64,000 nt of DNA from Octopus sinensis (lineage: Eukaryota), in contig NC_043001.1 of NCBI RefSeq assembly GCF_006345805.1, positions 67,580,001-67,644,000 of the forward strand, given 5' to 3'. The notes under the pieces are model-generated. The model made no database searches, was not told where the DNA came from, and saw only the letters and a program-made list of their open reading frames with translations. Position numbers and translations under genes: made by a program. The stretch's first letter is position 1; each line of letters begins with the position of its first letter. Shown here in pieces: positions 47,931-61,324 of the stretch.

Positions 47931-50900
47931 GGTAGTTGTTTTATTATGAACATGAGAAAGAATTCTTGATCTCTAAGAAGAGGTTGAAGTGTTTCACTCT
48001 TGGAAACATTTTCAGATGATAAATATGGAAAACAATGTGGATATTTGCTACTGTTATCAGCAGAGAGACAGATAATATGATTGTTGATAGTTTGATAAAT
48101 CAGCTCAGAGTATCATGCCTTGGGACCATATAGATTACTGCCTTTCCCATAATCTTTCTACTGCTGTTCCAATGACCTTATAGATTACACAAGATTTCTA
48201 TAATTGCTGGATACATCAATTTAGGTAACACAATATGCATTTTGATGATAATAGAATGACTTCACTCTAATCTCTCTTTCTCTGTGTCTTCCCCAACACT
48301 CCTTTTATTTTTATCATCTATAAACACATTTCCTCAATTACATGTCAGTTCTCTATTTTATATTTCATCATCTGCACTGGCCAACTGACTTTACTGCATA
48401 TTATACATTATTCATTTAATTTTCCTGTTAAAGACAGACTGAGGGATTAGATATTTAAATATGAAATACTTTTAATAAAGTTATAATTTTCTAGATCATT
48501 AATCTCATCTTTAACAGTCTATTTACAAACTGTGTATCTAAATATTCTATGGTCTCAGACAAGAATACAACACCAATAACTATTGAAGATATAACCAACT
48601 GGAATGTTGTGTAGATATTTAGATGTTGTGTGTGTGTGGTACATACTTAACTAATGTGGGTGTTTGATTATGCACACACACACACACACACATTATAAAG
48701 ATGAAGTTTATAATATCAATATCAATAAGTGGCCATCCATCTCGGACATCTCAGACATTTGATATGTGGAATTGTTATAAATAGAGGAAAATAAACAGAG
48801 ATGAATGTAATTTTCTGACAAGGAATGTCTGTAATATTGTTATAGCTTCTAGCTGTTGAAATTCATTTCAGTTCTTCTACCTCCATAGGGCTACTTCCAT
48901 CAGTCAAGAGTGACCAGGTATGTTTAGGCCAGGGCAAGATTTCTCAATGAAGTTTACTAGTTGCCTATGCAAACAAGTCTCACACACTCCATGCCACTAA
49001 AGTGTATTCAAAGGAAAGGTGGCTGTTTGGAGTCAATACACCTTGGCATCAGTTTTGTCACAGATGTTGCAGTCAGAACTCAAAGAGCTAGAAAAGATAC
49101 CACAGGACATCTTAGCCAAAACTCTGACAGTTTTGTTAATCTACAAATGCCCTGGACTCATACCGTTTTTTATTGGCTCTGAAACTTAGCTACAGCAAGA
49201 TTTGAACTGAGAACATGGAGTCAGAATAAATAGTACAAGCCTAATGCTCTACCACTTCTTTACCACATTATAAAAGGTACAAATGTTGCTACATTTCATG
49301 TATCCTCCCTAAAAAAAACTAATACTTCCTTTACAAATTTCTAACATAGGCACAAATTTAAGGAGTGGTGTATATAATCGATGGTATGAACCCAGTGCTG
49401 ATACTTTATAATCAACCGCAGAAAAAAGAAGTTCAAACTTGACTTCAAGATTTTTACTCAGATTGTAAATGGCTGTAAATCAGCTGGTATTTTAGTTTTT
49501 AGTTCTTTAAATAAACTGAAATACCACAAAATATTTTGTGGGATGATCTACCAATTCTGTCCATTCATAGTTCACTTGTACTTATAATAATTGAAAACTT
49601 GAACTATTAATTTGCTCTTTTAAGTATTGATTAACTATTGATTGTTTGCTCACAAGCTATATTTTCTTATTCTTTCCCAACAAATCTGGACTAAGAAAAT
49701 CTTAATTCAATATTTAATTTCATCATGGACTTCCATTTTTATTAAAGTCCATAGTTTGCTTACATGCAATATTTTCTCATTCTTCACTAGAAATTCAAAC
49801 CAAGAAAAAGTTAATTCAATATTTTACATCATCAATGGGCTATTATATTTATCAAAGTTCATAATTTGCTTTATTGGAGCAGTTTCCGCACCACTTTTCT
49901 ATTTGTTCTAACAACCCTCCACCTCTTTCACATTTAGGAAGTATATAAATTGTGTGTGTGTAAGAAGGCTTCCAATAATGTACAAATGTATGTTTTACAT
50001 GAATGTAAAGACAAATATTAGAAGGCAATATTTTTTGCTAATAAACATAATAATTTATTCCTTGATCACATATGTGGTAGTAGAAAGCACATCACAGGGT
50101 AATTAAGCGTTCAAGTCAAACAGGGTGTAGTGTGAGACATATGTTAATTTCTCCATAACATCCAAGGTATTTAGATTTGGTACTTGAGAGCTGCAAGATG
50201 ATACTGGTGCAAAATATCTGATGAGTAGTGTAGGTTAGTTGTGAAGTGAGGTAGCAATCCCATAGCAGTAAAAATGATGTTTACCAATTGGTGGTAAATC
50301 GGCAGCGTGTCTTGTCATCTGGACATTAAATCAGCAACTGATGTTTACATCTCAACTTTCTATCAGCAACTGTCTTTTTGCCTTTCAAAACTGGTGTACT
50401 TCACTGCTGGGTGGAAGTTGCCACATGTAACAACCTTCTGCAGCCAGCAGTAATTGGATGTTTTGGGCATAGTATGACTGTGATATGCCACCACAACAAA
50501 ATAGTGCAAGCCTGTTTCACTACACACACATATGGCTCTGGACTCCCTAATATTGACATATACCTACAAACATAAAACAATTGAACAGTCTCTCCCATAA
50601 ATTATAAATCTTTTTTCTGCAGATATTCAAGAAGATTTCAGTGTTTTCATGAAGGTTTACAAGTTTTATTAAGAATTCTTCTTGCAAATGGACATGATAA
50701 ATCTATAATTTCTGATATAGCCATCAACTTTAAACTAACTGAAGCAGTATATTGGTAAAGAAACAAGACTATAGCAGCTTAATAGCTGACTGCTACAAGT
50801 AATTGGTTCCGATCCTGTTTGAAAATTGACAATTTACCAGTTTGGAATATTGAAATATTGAAACAGTATCCGAAATGTCAAACATCGAACCGTTGTGAAT

Positions 50901-52917
50901 CTCATTAATTCAGAATATTGATGGTGCTGTTTAACCCTTGGTCAGCTCTGACTGATTGGACCTGTTGCCAAATACTTTCCACCCATGGTCATCCTGTCTT
51001 TACATATTTGGTCACGGAAGCAGACATAGTCTGCTTGTTGTCTTTTTTGTTGTCTTTTTTAGCCTCACATCAGTCCTGTTCAAAGTTGTCCCAACCATGG
51101 CCATCCTATCTGTTTTTTGTTTCCATCATTGGATATTTAGGATCAATTGTTCTGTTTGTCCTTCCATATATTTAACAACTATGATTGAGTAAGATTTAGT
51201 TACTGTTTCTAACATATCAAGTAACCATGTAGAGGTTACTTTGATTTTCTCATGGTCGTTTAATTGTTTGTTATAAAGGCCCACACTGACCCAACAAGCC
51301 CCACCTAGCATGGGCATTGTTAGTTAACACAAGATTGACTCTGATCAAGTAGACTAATGAGCAAATGTGTTCCAACTGTGACCATCCCATCTTTTTACTG
51401 TTGTCTAGAACTACATTACCTAATATCTATGATATTGTTAGGGTAGCAGGGTTGAATTTGATGGAGATTTGACTGCTATATCTAACATGTCAAGTTACCA
51501 CAAAGAGATTTTGTCATTGGCAAAAGATTAGCTGCTGTGTAGCCCTAGGTCAGTCCTTGATTCACCAGGCCTATGGTACAGGGATTGTCAGCAGAACAAC
51601 TAGGTGCATCCACAGATCCATATTCCAAGATATGCCATATCTTACCTATAATCCATACCGTACCGTGTAGTACTTACTGATGATTCACATAGGTACTATG
51701 TAACAGTCTTGGACATATACTTTCTGGTGAGGGTCCATCATGGATGATCTAATGTATTGCTGGTACACTATAGTTTTTGTTATTTCATTCATTCTATTAA
51801 ATGTTATTCCTTTCAGTTTTTCTCTGTGCAGAAATGTGCATTGTGTGAAAAATGTCTTTCTTTGCAAAGTATGTGTGCATCCATGCAAGAGAGAGTATAC
51901 CAGTATTACTCTATTAGAGAAGTAGCATGTTATGGAAGTGTTGTTCTTTTCCATTGGAGAGATTTAGTGAGCTGACACCAGATGTTTTCCAGTGTTGTAG
52001 TGGTGTTGAGTACATTTTTTAGTATCAGAGAATAATAGAGAATGGGGTTGAAAGAATGGTTGTGGTTAATTATAGAATGATATGTGAAAAGGATTTTTAT
52101 TGTTGATGCCAACATGTTTTACTACATTAGGGAATAGTGTGTGATAGTCTAGAGAGTGAGCTGAGTTAGTGATATCAAGAACTGACCTTTCTAGAAGTTT
52201 TGTTTTTTAAAGGATCCTTAGGAAGGTGATTTGTCTGCATGGTGCTATTTGGGTTTGTTTGAACTTGAGAATTGTTATAATTATTATCCAGATTCCAGAT
52301 TCTGAGAATTTGGTAGTTTTGGTATGGGTGCATTGTAGGTGTTGAGGTCTGAAGTAATTCCTTCAAATCCTAAGTGTTGGAATTTTGTATAACCCCCAAG
52401 TTTCAGATTTCTCTTTTGATTTGGGGAATTTATTGGAAGGGGTCACAATTAGGGCCTGAATGTTATTTTCATTTCGTTCCTGTTTCTTTTGTTTTATGTT
52501 GGCTGATTTTCTAGAAATGTCTAATAATGGCATTGGCTTGGTGTTTCCGTATTGGTATATTATTTGCGGTTGTTAATATAACAAATAGTGAGATGTCATT
52601 ATTGTCAGTGATGATGATGATTCTTTAGTATAGTCTTTTACTGTTAGCTTTGTAATGGTTTATCTTGGATAGAAATGTTGGCCAGTTTTCTGCTTTTCTA
52701 AAGGTTACTATTTATTTTAGTAGCATTTTTCTTTTCTATCTGTTTTCCCTTTTTCTTTTACCGACTTTTATTTCAGTTTTGTTTTAGTGTTATTGTGTTT
52801 GAGGTTGTCTCTGGTTTTTAAGAGGTTGGCTATTTCTGGTGAGAAATTGCAGCTTTTTATGTTGCTACATCATCAGGTATATTCTGTAGAAACATCTAGA
52901 ATTTATTTCGGGAAATA

Positions 52918-53345
52918 TATAGACTGTAGTAGCAATGGTTGTGATTCTGTGCATACACTGCAGTAGTGATGGTGGGGATTGTATGTATAGACTATAGTAG
53001 CCATGGTGGGGGTTCTATGTACAGACTGTAGTAGCCATCGTGGGGGTTCTAAGTATAGGCTGTAATAGCCATGGTGGGGGTTCTATGTACAGACTGTAGT
53101 AACCATGGTTGGGTTCTATTTATAGATTGGAGTAACAATGGAGAGGTTCTATGTATAGACTGTAGTAGCCATGTTGGGGTTTCTGTGTATAGGCTGTAGT
53201 AGCCATGGTGGGGTTTCTATGTTGTAGCCATGGTGGGAGTTCTATGTAACAGTCATGGTGGTGGTTCTATGTATAGGCTGTAGTAGCCATATTTGGGGTT
53301 CTGTGTATAGGCTGTAGTATCCCTGGTGGGGTTTCTATGTATAGA
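52918..53345. repeat. 34-bp minisatellite, about 12 copies
   Basis: Unit atagactgtagtagccatggtgggggttctatgt with variants and two shortened units; no spacers. Confidence 0.9.
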
Positions 53346-53547
53346 TTGAGGAAGGTGCGGTAATAATGCCAGTCCAGAAACCAGTCCATGTGAGTCAAAA
53401 AACTTGAATGTATGCTGAGAGATTGTCTTAGCCCATTTGCCTTTAGACAGTTGATTTCTGTAGTTATTATCAGTGTATTTTGGTGATTTAAATAAGAGTT
53501 TTGACTGTTATTTCTAGCAGGTACTTAGTACATCCATTGATTAATTT

Positions 53548-53592
<45 letters not shown>

Positions 53593-54039
53593 GCATATAT
53601 ATACATGCATGTATGTGTGTGTGTGTGTATATATATATAATCAAAATAAGCAACAAGGATATCCAGAGGTAATGCAGTATGATCATTTCAATACCAGTAT
53701 CTTCATTGCTTAAAATAAACTGCTTAGATAATAATTTAATTAATATATAGTTAGTATGTTCTTTTGCTTCAGTACTCCTTTATTAAATACCAGTAAATAC
53801 CAATGATTAATCTTCACAGATACCACCTAATAAGTTAGTATTTAAGTATATAATATATATAAACATTGAACTATTTCTATGTAATTTCTTTTCCTCCCTC
53901 TATTGTGATAAAATTTGGTATATACTCTAAAGTATTCAAAAAAAAATTATTCTTTTGCTATAATATTCTTCTTAATAATCTTCTGAATAACCCTAAATTT
54001 CAACTTTATACAATATGGCATTATTGCTACTCCTTTCAG

Positions 54040-54895
54040 CTACTCCTTTTGTTATGTATACCTGCCCTTTTGGCTACCTGATACAATTCTCTGCTTTCAC
54101 CGTTTTTCCAGTCTTTCCAAGTCTCTTTGCTCCACCACTATGCCACCCTTGGTCTAGTTAAGATTCTTCATCAACCACAGTAGATTGTCCTGCAGGAACT
54201 TCCAATTGTCCTCTAAGCTATTTGTCCCCAACTCTTCCTGTCTTTCGTTAGAAGCTTCCATTAATAAATCTCTAAATTTTTGTCTGCTTGCTGGGTCTTT
54301 GAGCTTCCATAGTCTTCTTTTCCAGATTGGTTTGTTTCTCCAAATCTTTCTAGCTCTAATTCTGAAGTCACTAATTAGTAACCTATATTGGTTTGTACAC
54401 TCTTCACCTGAGAAAGACTAAATTTTTAAGCATCCATCTATCTTGTTTCCTGGTGAGGAGTTTATCAATCTGGCTTATGTGCTCACCAGACTGATAAGTG
54501 GGATATATATATATATATATTATATATATATATATGTGTGTGTTGTGTGTGTGTGATCATCATCATCAACATCATTTAGTGTCTACTTTCCATGCTGGCA
54601 TGAGTTAAAGGGTTTGACTGGAACTGGTAAGATGGCAGGCTGCACCAAACTACAGTCTGATTTGGAATGGTTTCTATGGCCAGATGCCCATCCTAATGCC
54701 AACTACTCCAAGAATGTAATGGGTGCCATTTACATGACACTGGCAACCTTCACAACTACAATTTCATGGCTGTCATTTCTATGACACTAGCAACAGCCAC
54801 AACTATGATTTCACTTGGCTTGATGAATCTTCTCAAGCACAGAATATCGCCAAGGGTCTCAGTCACTTGTCATTGCCTCTGTGAGGCCCAACATG
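54040..54895 (-). mobile_element. RTE family 2 fragments (internal 54040-54460; 3' tail 54556-54895)
   Basis: Homology to 26640-26960 and 24170-24850. Confidence 0.6.
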
Positions 54896-54903
54896 TATGT
54901 AGG

Positions 54904-54985
<82 letters not shown>

Positions 54986-55318
54986 ATGTACATATATGTC
55001 ATTTTTATGCTAAAAAGCAATCATACCAAGAAAAACAGTGCTATTGTTGGAATGATCTATTTATATATTCCCTTTTGTAATTGTATGTCTGTGTGACTAT
55101 GGTTGTTGCCTGTATACTGAAACAATGATCATACTAACAATACTGATGCTATATTTTTGTTGGTACAATGTATTTATATATTTTCTTTAGTAATTACTCA
55201 ATATATATATATATATATATATACATCACCTTTGTACTAAAACAACAAATGCAAGAAGAAAAGTAATATTACTGTTGCTATGTTATATTTATGTGTTGTC
55301 TTTATATATTTTTTACAG

Positions 55319-55627
55319 CTATTTCTCGTCATATTTGCTCTATTAAAACTTTTGACAACCAAAGAGGAGAATTTGTCTCTCAAAACTATCCTTCAAAGTC
55401 AACTACAAAAATTCTTTGCCGACTTCGCTTCAATACAAGTCTTTTAGGAAATTTAAAAGTGTATGATTCAGGCTTTAATATCAGCAAATTAAGACTGGAT
55501 ATTTGGTATATGAGATCTAAATGGCTCTTTTACACTGTCATCCCAAAAGATGAAATTATCCATTTGCCAAAGTCAACTGCTTATGACATGCATTTTCACA
55601 GTCCAAAAATTTGGTTTTCATTTTATG
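55319..55627 (+). CDS. Host gene exon encoding a divergent CUB-like domain
   Basis: Acceptor tatattttttacag, donor G/GTAAGT; 309 nt, symmetric phase 1-1, no stops; HICSIKTFDNQRGEFVSQNYPSKSTTKILCRLRF resembles the CUB N-terminal C...G.F.SPNYP...C.W.I pattern; ends FSFY; N-glycosylation sequons NTS and NIS. Confidence 0.8.
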
Positions 55628-55750
55628 GTAAGTAAAAGCTTTTTTTTTTATATATAAATCTCCTAAGAACCACCATTTTAGTCTTTGTTGGTTGAATGAA
55701 TTGGATTGTTATTTTATCTATGTATTTTATTCTGTTAAGGTATTATTATT

Positions 55751-55980
55751 AAGGTGGTGAGCTGGCAGAATCATTAACACACTGGGCAAAATGCTTAGTG
55801 GTATTTCATCCGTCTTTACATTCTAAATTCAAATTCCGCCAAGGCTGACTTTGCCTTTCATCCTTTTTGGGGGTCAATAAAATAAGTAACAGTTGAATGC
55901 CAGGGTCAGTGTAATCAACTGTCCCCCTCCTCCAAATTTCAGGCCTTTGTGCCTATATTAGAAAGGATTATTATTATCAT
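55751..55980 (+). mobile_element. tRNA-derived SINE family B
   Basis: aaggtggtgagctggcagaatc...aaattcaaattcc head; (att)n tail. Confidence 0.75.
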
Positions 55981-55989
55981 TATCACCAC

Positions 55990-58270
55990 CATTCTCTGTA
56001 CTCGGGATTAGTCAATAAATTCCTGGTAGAATTAATGTGGATAGAAGGTTACTCTCTGTAACCTTATGTATCCCCACAATTTCAATAAGCCATCAAGTGC
56101 TCAAAATCCTGATAAGGATCTTTCCTGTTCCTAAGAGGTAAACCTTCTGTGGAAGTTCCACAAGACATTCCATTCCAATCTCCTTTACAGATTTCATGTT
56201 CTAAATCCTCACAATCTTAAATTTGAAGAGGTTGTATTTTTTCAACTTTTCATCTGCTTTCATCACAATCCTAGTATTAAAGATGCAGGAGTGGCTGTGT
56301 GGTAAGTAGCTTGCTAACCAACCACATAGTTCCGGGTTCAGTCCCACTGCGTGGCATCTTGGGCAATTGCCTTCTGCTATAGCCCCAGGCCGACCAATGC
56401 CTTGTGAGTGGATTTGGTAGACGGAAACTGGAAGAAGCCTGTCATATATATGTATATATATATATATGTGTGTGTCTGTGTTTGTCCCCCTAGCATTGCT
56501 TGACAACCAATGCTGGTGTGTTTATGTCCCCGTTACTTAGCGGTTCGGCAAAAGAGACCGATAGAATAAGTACTGGGCTTACAAAAGAATAAGTCCCGGG
56601 GTCGAGGTGCTCAATTAAAGGCGGTGCTCCAGCATGGCCGCAGTTAAATGACTGAAACAAGTAAAAGAGTAAAGAGTAAAAAGAGTAAATGGACATGGTG
56701 GATCAATCAGTAAGCAAGTTTTACTTTCCTTGTCTATTACTGTTATATTTGCCTTGTTATGTTTCATCTTATCCATTTGAATGAGAAAAACCTCACAAAA
56801 TCTTGCCAGTTTCTGATACAAGTACTCTTTCTTAACAATGATTGTACCATGTACTTCATGTTTCAAACCTCAGTTTTTGACAAAGCTTTGGAGTAAAACT
56901 TTCACAATTTGATATATTTCCATTTCTTATATCCTTCCTTGGCCAATCAGGGGCATTCTGCAACAATGTGTGCCATTGTTTCATCCCAAATTCCAAGTAC
57001 TCTACATTTACTGACATCTTCTCCCCATACACATGTTTCATCAAATTGTTTGTTTGCAGTGTTTGATTGTGAGCTGCTATAATAAGGTTCTCTGTCACTT
57101 TTTCAAATGCCTCTTTTTCAACCAAGCTCGGGATTTTGTTCCATACACTTCCTCAGTGGTTTTACAAAGGTTTCTCTTCAGTCTGTTTAATATACTCTCT
57201 TTGAATTTCATTTTTGTCTTTTTTATTTTTCCAGTCTTGATCACCTGTTCTTTATTTACTGCCTTTAGAAACATTTCTGTGCTGTTTTGCAAATAACCAA
57301 GCTGTTTCATTTCATCTGCACACACACTTTAACACCAATCAAACATCTTCCACCTTGGTCTCTCTTTAAGTACACTCAGTTAATATCAGCTTTTGGATGG
57401 TGGGCTCTATATATAGCTAATAGCATTCTAGTTTTTCTGTCAAGTTTCTGCACTTCACCTTTTGTCCATTTCACAATTCTCACTCCAATCTGATAGCTGG
57501 TACTACTCTTGAATCAATTGTTTCAATAACATTTCTTGAATTCAGCCTTGACTGTAATATTTTCTCCACTTTCTTTGTATACTCCCTACTTGCAAGTTAC
57601 TTCATCTCTTCATATTTTATTTCATCTGCCTCCAATATTCCCAAACATTTAAACCATTGTCCTTTCTCAACTGATTTCATTGTTTGCCCATTTGGCATTT
57701 CAGTTCTCTTGTTTCCTTCAAATCTTCCCATTTCATTATCAAAATAGTACACTTTTCAAGTCTGAATTACATTCAAATATCGTTTGAGAAAATGTGAACA
57801 GAGTGCACAAGAATTTCTAGCTTCCCATTTTCACATAAAACTTTAAATCATCCATGAGTAGGAGATGATTTATCTGACAATGCCCTTTCTCCAAATCATA
57901 ACTTATTTTGACATTCTGTAATATCAGACTGAGCATGTATCATGGTCAATACAAATAGTAATGGTGATAAGCTATCACCTTTGAATATACCACATCTGAT
58001 GTGCACACCTTTTCAAGTTTTATTTTCCTCTCACCATGTCAGTGCTTCTCTCATGTTTCCATATTTTCTGTTCGTTGTTCTATTTATATAACGGTGCAGC
58101 ATCATGTCATATACTTTTTTAATAATCCAATCATGCTACATTCAATCCCATCAATCTGCTTCTGCAATTTCTGATTTCCATTTTATCAATTAACAACTGG
58201 TTTTTAGCTGCCCTACTTGAACTCCTGCACCCCTTCTTGTGCTGTGTATTTGTCCCATAATTATACATTA
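55990..58270 (-). pseudogene. Decayed R4/Dong (NeSL-group) non-LTR retrotransposon with restriction-like endonuclease
   Basis: Relics in order: KNQLLIDK, GIFKGDSLSP, NHLLLMDD, ENLIIAAHNQTLQTN, HNKANITVIDKESKTCLLIDPPCPF/NTRI, EKLKKY, QKVYLLGTGKIL; split by a SINE at 56282-56689. Confidence 0.8.
56282..56689 (+). mobile_element. SINE family A, full length, apparently young
   Basis: Complete head, core and (aagagtaa)n tail; removing it restores the PCPFNTRI reading of the host LINE. Confidence 0.9.
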
Positions 58271-58345
58271 ATCGTAGTGCCCATGCTGAAGAGAACACGG
58301 ATAGCAAATTATTTTATTTGTTCATTGATGTTTGAAACCTAGGTA

Positions 58346-58894
58346 TGGGGCTAATGCAGTTTCACACCTCTCTTTGAAAAATTCTTTTTTCTGGAAAACT
58401 TTTTCGGATTCCTACATTTTAGATGTCAAAGATTATGAATATGCAAAAAAAAAATGTTTTTAATTTAACCACTCCCTCCCCACCCCAATTAAATTTTTTT
58501 TGTTTGCTCTCAAGAGATTGTAGCGAATTGACAAACATATGCAAATTGAAATTAAATACAGACAAAAACATTAAAGTGAAAAGAATTTGCATTTTACTTG
58601 TGTTTGCCTTAAATAATATATTTGTTAACTAAATATAACTATTTACCTCTTTATACACATATCTATATGCTTATTGGATTAAAAATTTTGAAAACGTGGT
58701 TTCTGGCATACTCGGAATTTCCGTCATCTAAAACATAGGAAAAAAAAATTTTGAAATTTGTGAGGTGGGGAGTGGGGTTAAAAAAAAATTTTTTTTTGCA
58801 TAATCATAATCTCCATCATCTAAAACATAGGAATCTAAAAGAATTCTTTTTAAAAATGCATTTTTCAAGGAGAGGTGCATAACTGCATTAACCC
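58346..58894. mobile_element. MITE with ~170-bp TIRs and 8-bp flanking direct repeat
   Basis: ggggctaatgcagtttcacacctctc / gagaggtgcataactgcattaaccc; cctaggta at 58338-58345 and 58895-58902; superfamily unresolved. Confidence 0.75.
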
Positions 58895-59109
58895 CCTAGG
58901 TACATGTGGTAACTATTGAAAATGTTTTTACTTTTCACCCTTTTCGAAATTACTCTTAACCATGGTTTGGGTTTTGACAGCTCCTTTTAGCATGCAAGGA
59001 GTCCTGTTAGGGTCACCTCTTTTGGGTATAAATGTACATTAATTTAATATGAAAAATATGTCATCTGTTGACTATTTCATACATGCACTAGTAGAAAATT
59101 TAATAATTA

Positions 59110-59205
59110 TATATATATATGTATGTATGTGTGTATGTGCGCACACGTGTGTGTGTGTGCATATATATGTATGTATGTGTATATGTATGTATATGTGTCT
59201 ATGCG

Positions 59206-59237
<32 letters not shown>

Positions 59238-59272
59238 ATATGTGTGTGTGTGTGTATGTGTATGTGTGTGTG

Positions 59273-59307
<35 letters not shown>

Positions 59308-59342
59308 ATGTGTGTGTGTATATATATCTGCAAATGTGTATG

Positions 59343-59375
<33 letters not shown>

Positions 59376-59624
59376 ATATGCATATGTGTATGTATGTACA
59401 TGTATATATGGGTATGTATCAATGTATGTGTGCATATATTTATGATTATATGCACATGTATGTATGTATATTTATGTATAAATATATATATATGTATGCA
59501 TGTGTGTATATATATATGTATGTATGAGTGTGTATATGTGTATATATGTACATATATGTGTGTGTATGCACCTATGTGTGTGTATGATTGTGTTTTTGTG
59601 TGTGTGTATGGATATATGTATGTG

Positions 59625-59684
<60 letters not shown>

Positions 59685-59710
59685 TATGTGTATATGGTGT
59701 GTGTGCAACA
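59110..59710. repeat. ~600-bp compound TA/TG microsatellite field
   Basis: Direct reading; source of many spurious ORFs. Confidence 0.95.
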
Positions 59711-60166
59711 TACCACCTGTGAGAACTGAGTAGGTGACCTCAAATCAATAGGCACCACACAGGTTGTCTTTTGACAAGAACACAACAATATTGATTACTC
59801 CAAAATATTCCCATTTCTTTATTCTTGGTGGACTTAACTCTCCTCTCCACTATTCTCAATTACTATTAGTCTGATCTTTATTGTTATCTTTATTTTTATT
59901 TATATATGTATTTTAATTTTTTCTTTCTTCTTCTTCTTCTTCTTCTTCACACATGTTTTTGTATTTTTTTATATATCCCCCCCACCTTTTTTGTGTGTGT
60001 GTATATATATATATTTGTAAGAAAAAGTCTTTTGCTATTTAAGCAACCAGTTAAACATACATTTTTCAGTTTGAAAATGGTTACTTGAAGCTCGGAACTC
60101 ATATCAGAGTTTCTCACTGTAAACATTATTATTAAGATTAAAATAAAAATTATCCCCCACAAAAAG

Positions 60167-60228
60167 CCATCTCTACTCATTTTTTCAAATATATATATAT
60201 ATATATTTGAAAAAATGAGTAGAGATGG
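60167..60228. repeat. Perfect 62-bp palindrome with (AT)9 centre
   Basis: ccatctctactcattttttcaa(at)9ttgaaaaaatgagtagagatgg. Confidence 0.95.
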
Positions 60229-60381
60229 TCTGGTCGGTCACGTGATATATATATATACATACATGTGTATGTATATACATATATATGTGTGTGTGTATAT
60301 ATATATATGTATATGTAGATGTATGTGTATATGTATGTATATACATGTATATAAGTATGAATACTAGTTGATCAATACATA

Positions 60382-60422
<41 letters not shown>

Positions 60423-60884
60423 GTCATTGCTGTTATAGTTTTAATGTCCACTTTTTTTTATTACATGGTTTGGATGGAATTTTGGGGCTAACGTTTTCTT
60501 TGATCAGATACCATTTCTGTCATGTACCTTCACTCATTTCCAGTGAAGGTCATATTTCCATATGGCTGAGCATGTTTTCAGGGAAGATTGTAAATGGACA
60601 TCGCTTGTATGTTAACAAGTTTCATTTACAACTATCAGATGATGTCAAGACAGGAAGACACTAACAGAGTCACACATATCTATGTGAAGATGTATGCATA
60701 TATATATATATACAAACAACATGAAACAAACACTATCCTTCTTTTCAGTTTCCATCTACCAAATTCACTCCCAGGGCTTTGTTTGGCCCAGACCTTTAGT
60801 ATAAGACACTCGTATTGAAGGTTATAACTATTTTTAATTGCTCTGATTTTATAATGACCCACTTTTTTTAATTTTTGATTTCAG

Positions 60885-60977
60885 AGAACAATCAGAGGGA
60901 GCCAAGTAACAAAGTATGGAAACCTTGTGACAAGAACACAACAGCAAACTGTGGGCACTTTGTATCAAAAGGAAATG
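60885..60977 (+). CDS. Host gene exon (31 codons): ENNQREPSNKVWKPCDKNTTANCGHFVSKGN
   Basis: Acceptor ttttttaatttttgatttcag, donor G/GTAAGT; 93 nt, symmetric phase 1-1, open in the frame required by the CUB exon; NTT sequon, two Cys. Confidence 0.7.
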
Positions 60978-61082
60978 GTAAGTTACACTTTCTTATCAAA
61001 ACTGGAATATTAGATAAAGAATTTTCTCATTTGTCATTACCTGAACCATTCTAGACTGAATGAAATGAATTCATAATTTGTT

Positions 61083-61300
61083 TTAACCCTTAAGCATTCA
61101 GATTCCTCTGTCAAATGTAATGCTTATTTATTCACATTGTTATGAATTAGTCATGCATTACTTTGTGACTTTGAGATTTCAATGATGTGATTGTTTATTT
61201 TTAGAATGGCATTGTAGAGAAGGTGCAAGAGGCCAGTTTGAAGATAAAACAGGGAAATTATTTTGGTCAAGTATGACTGGTTTAAATACTAAAGTGTCAA
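61083..61300 (+). mobile_element. TTAA-flanked MITE, degenerate
   Basis: ttaa-cccttaagcattcagatt; homologous to 1022-1248. Confidence 0.55.
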
Positions 61301-61324
61301 AGTTTTTAACATGTTAATATAGAC

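Noticed and set aside
51690-52900. Possible additional minus-strand LINE fossil
   Set aside because: Strand-biased composition suggests it, but I could not read diagnostic motifs
52918-53345. Regularly spaced ~34-bp repeats as a CRISPR array
   Set aside because: Units are head-to-tail with no unique spacers, there are no cas genes, and the context is eukaryotic
59049-59788. 226- and 238-aa ORFs, plus similar YI/CV/TH/YLSI ORFs at 9490, 28919, 37455 and 47582
   Set aside because: Translations of TA, TG, TACA and TATC microsatellites that lack stop codons by composition
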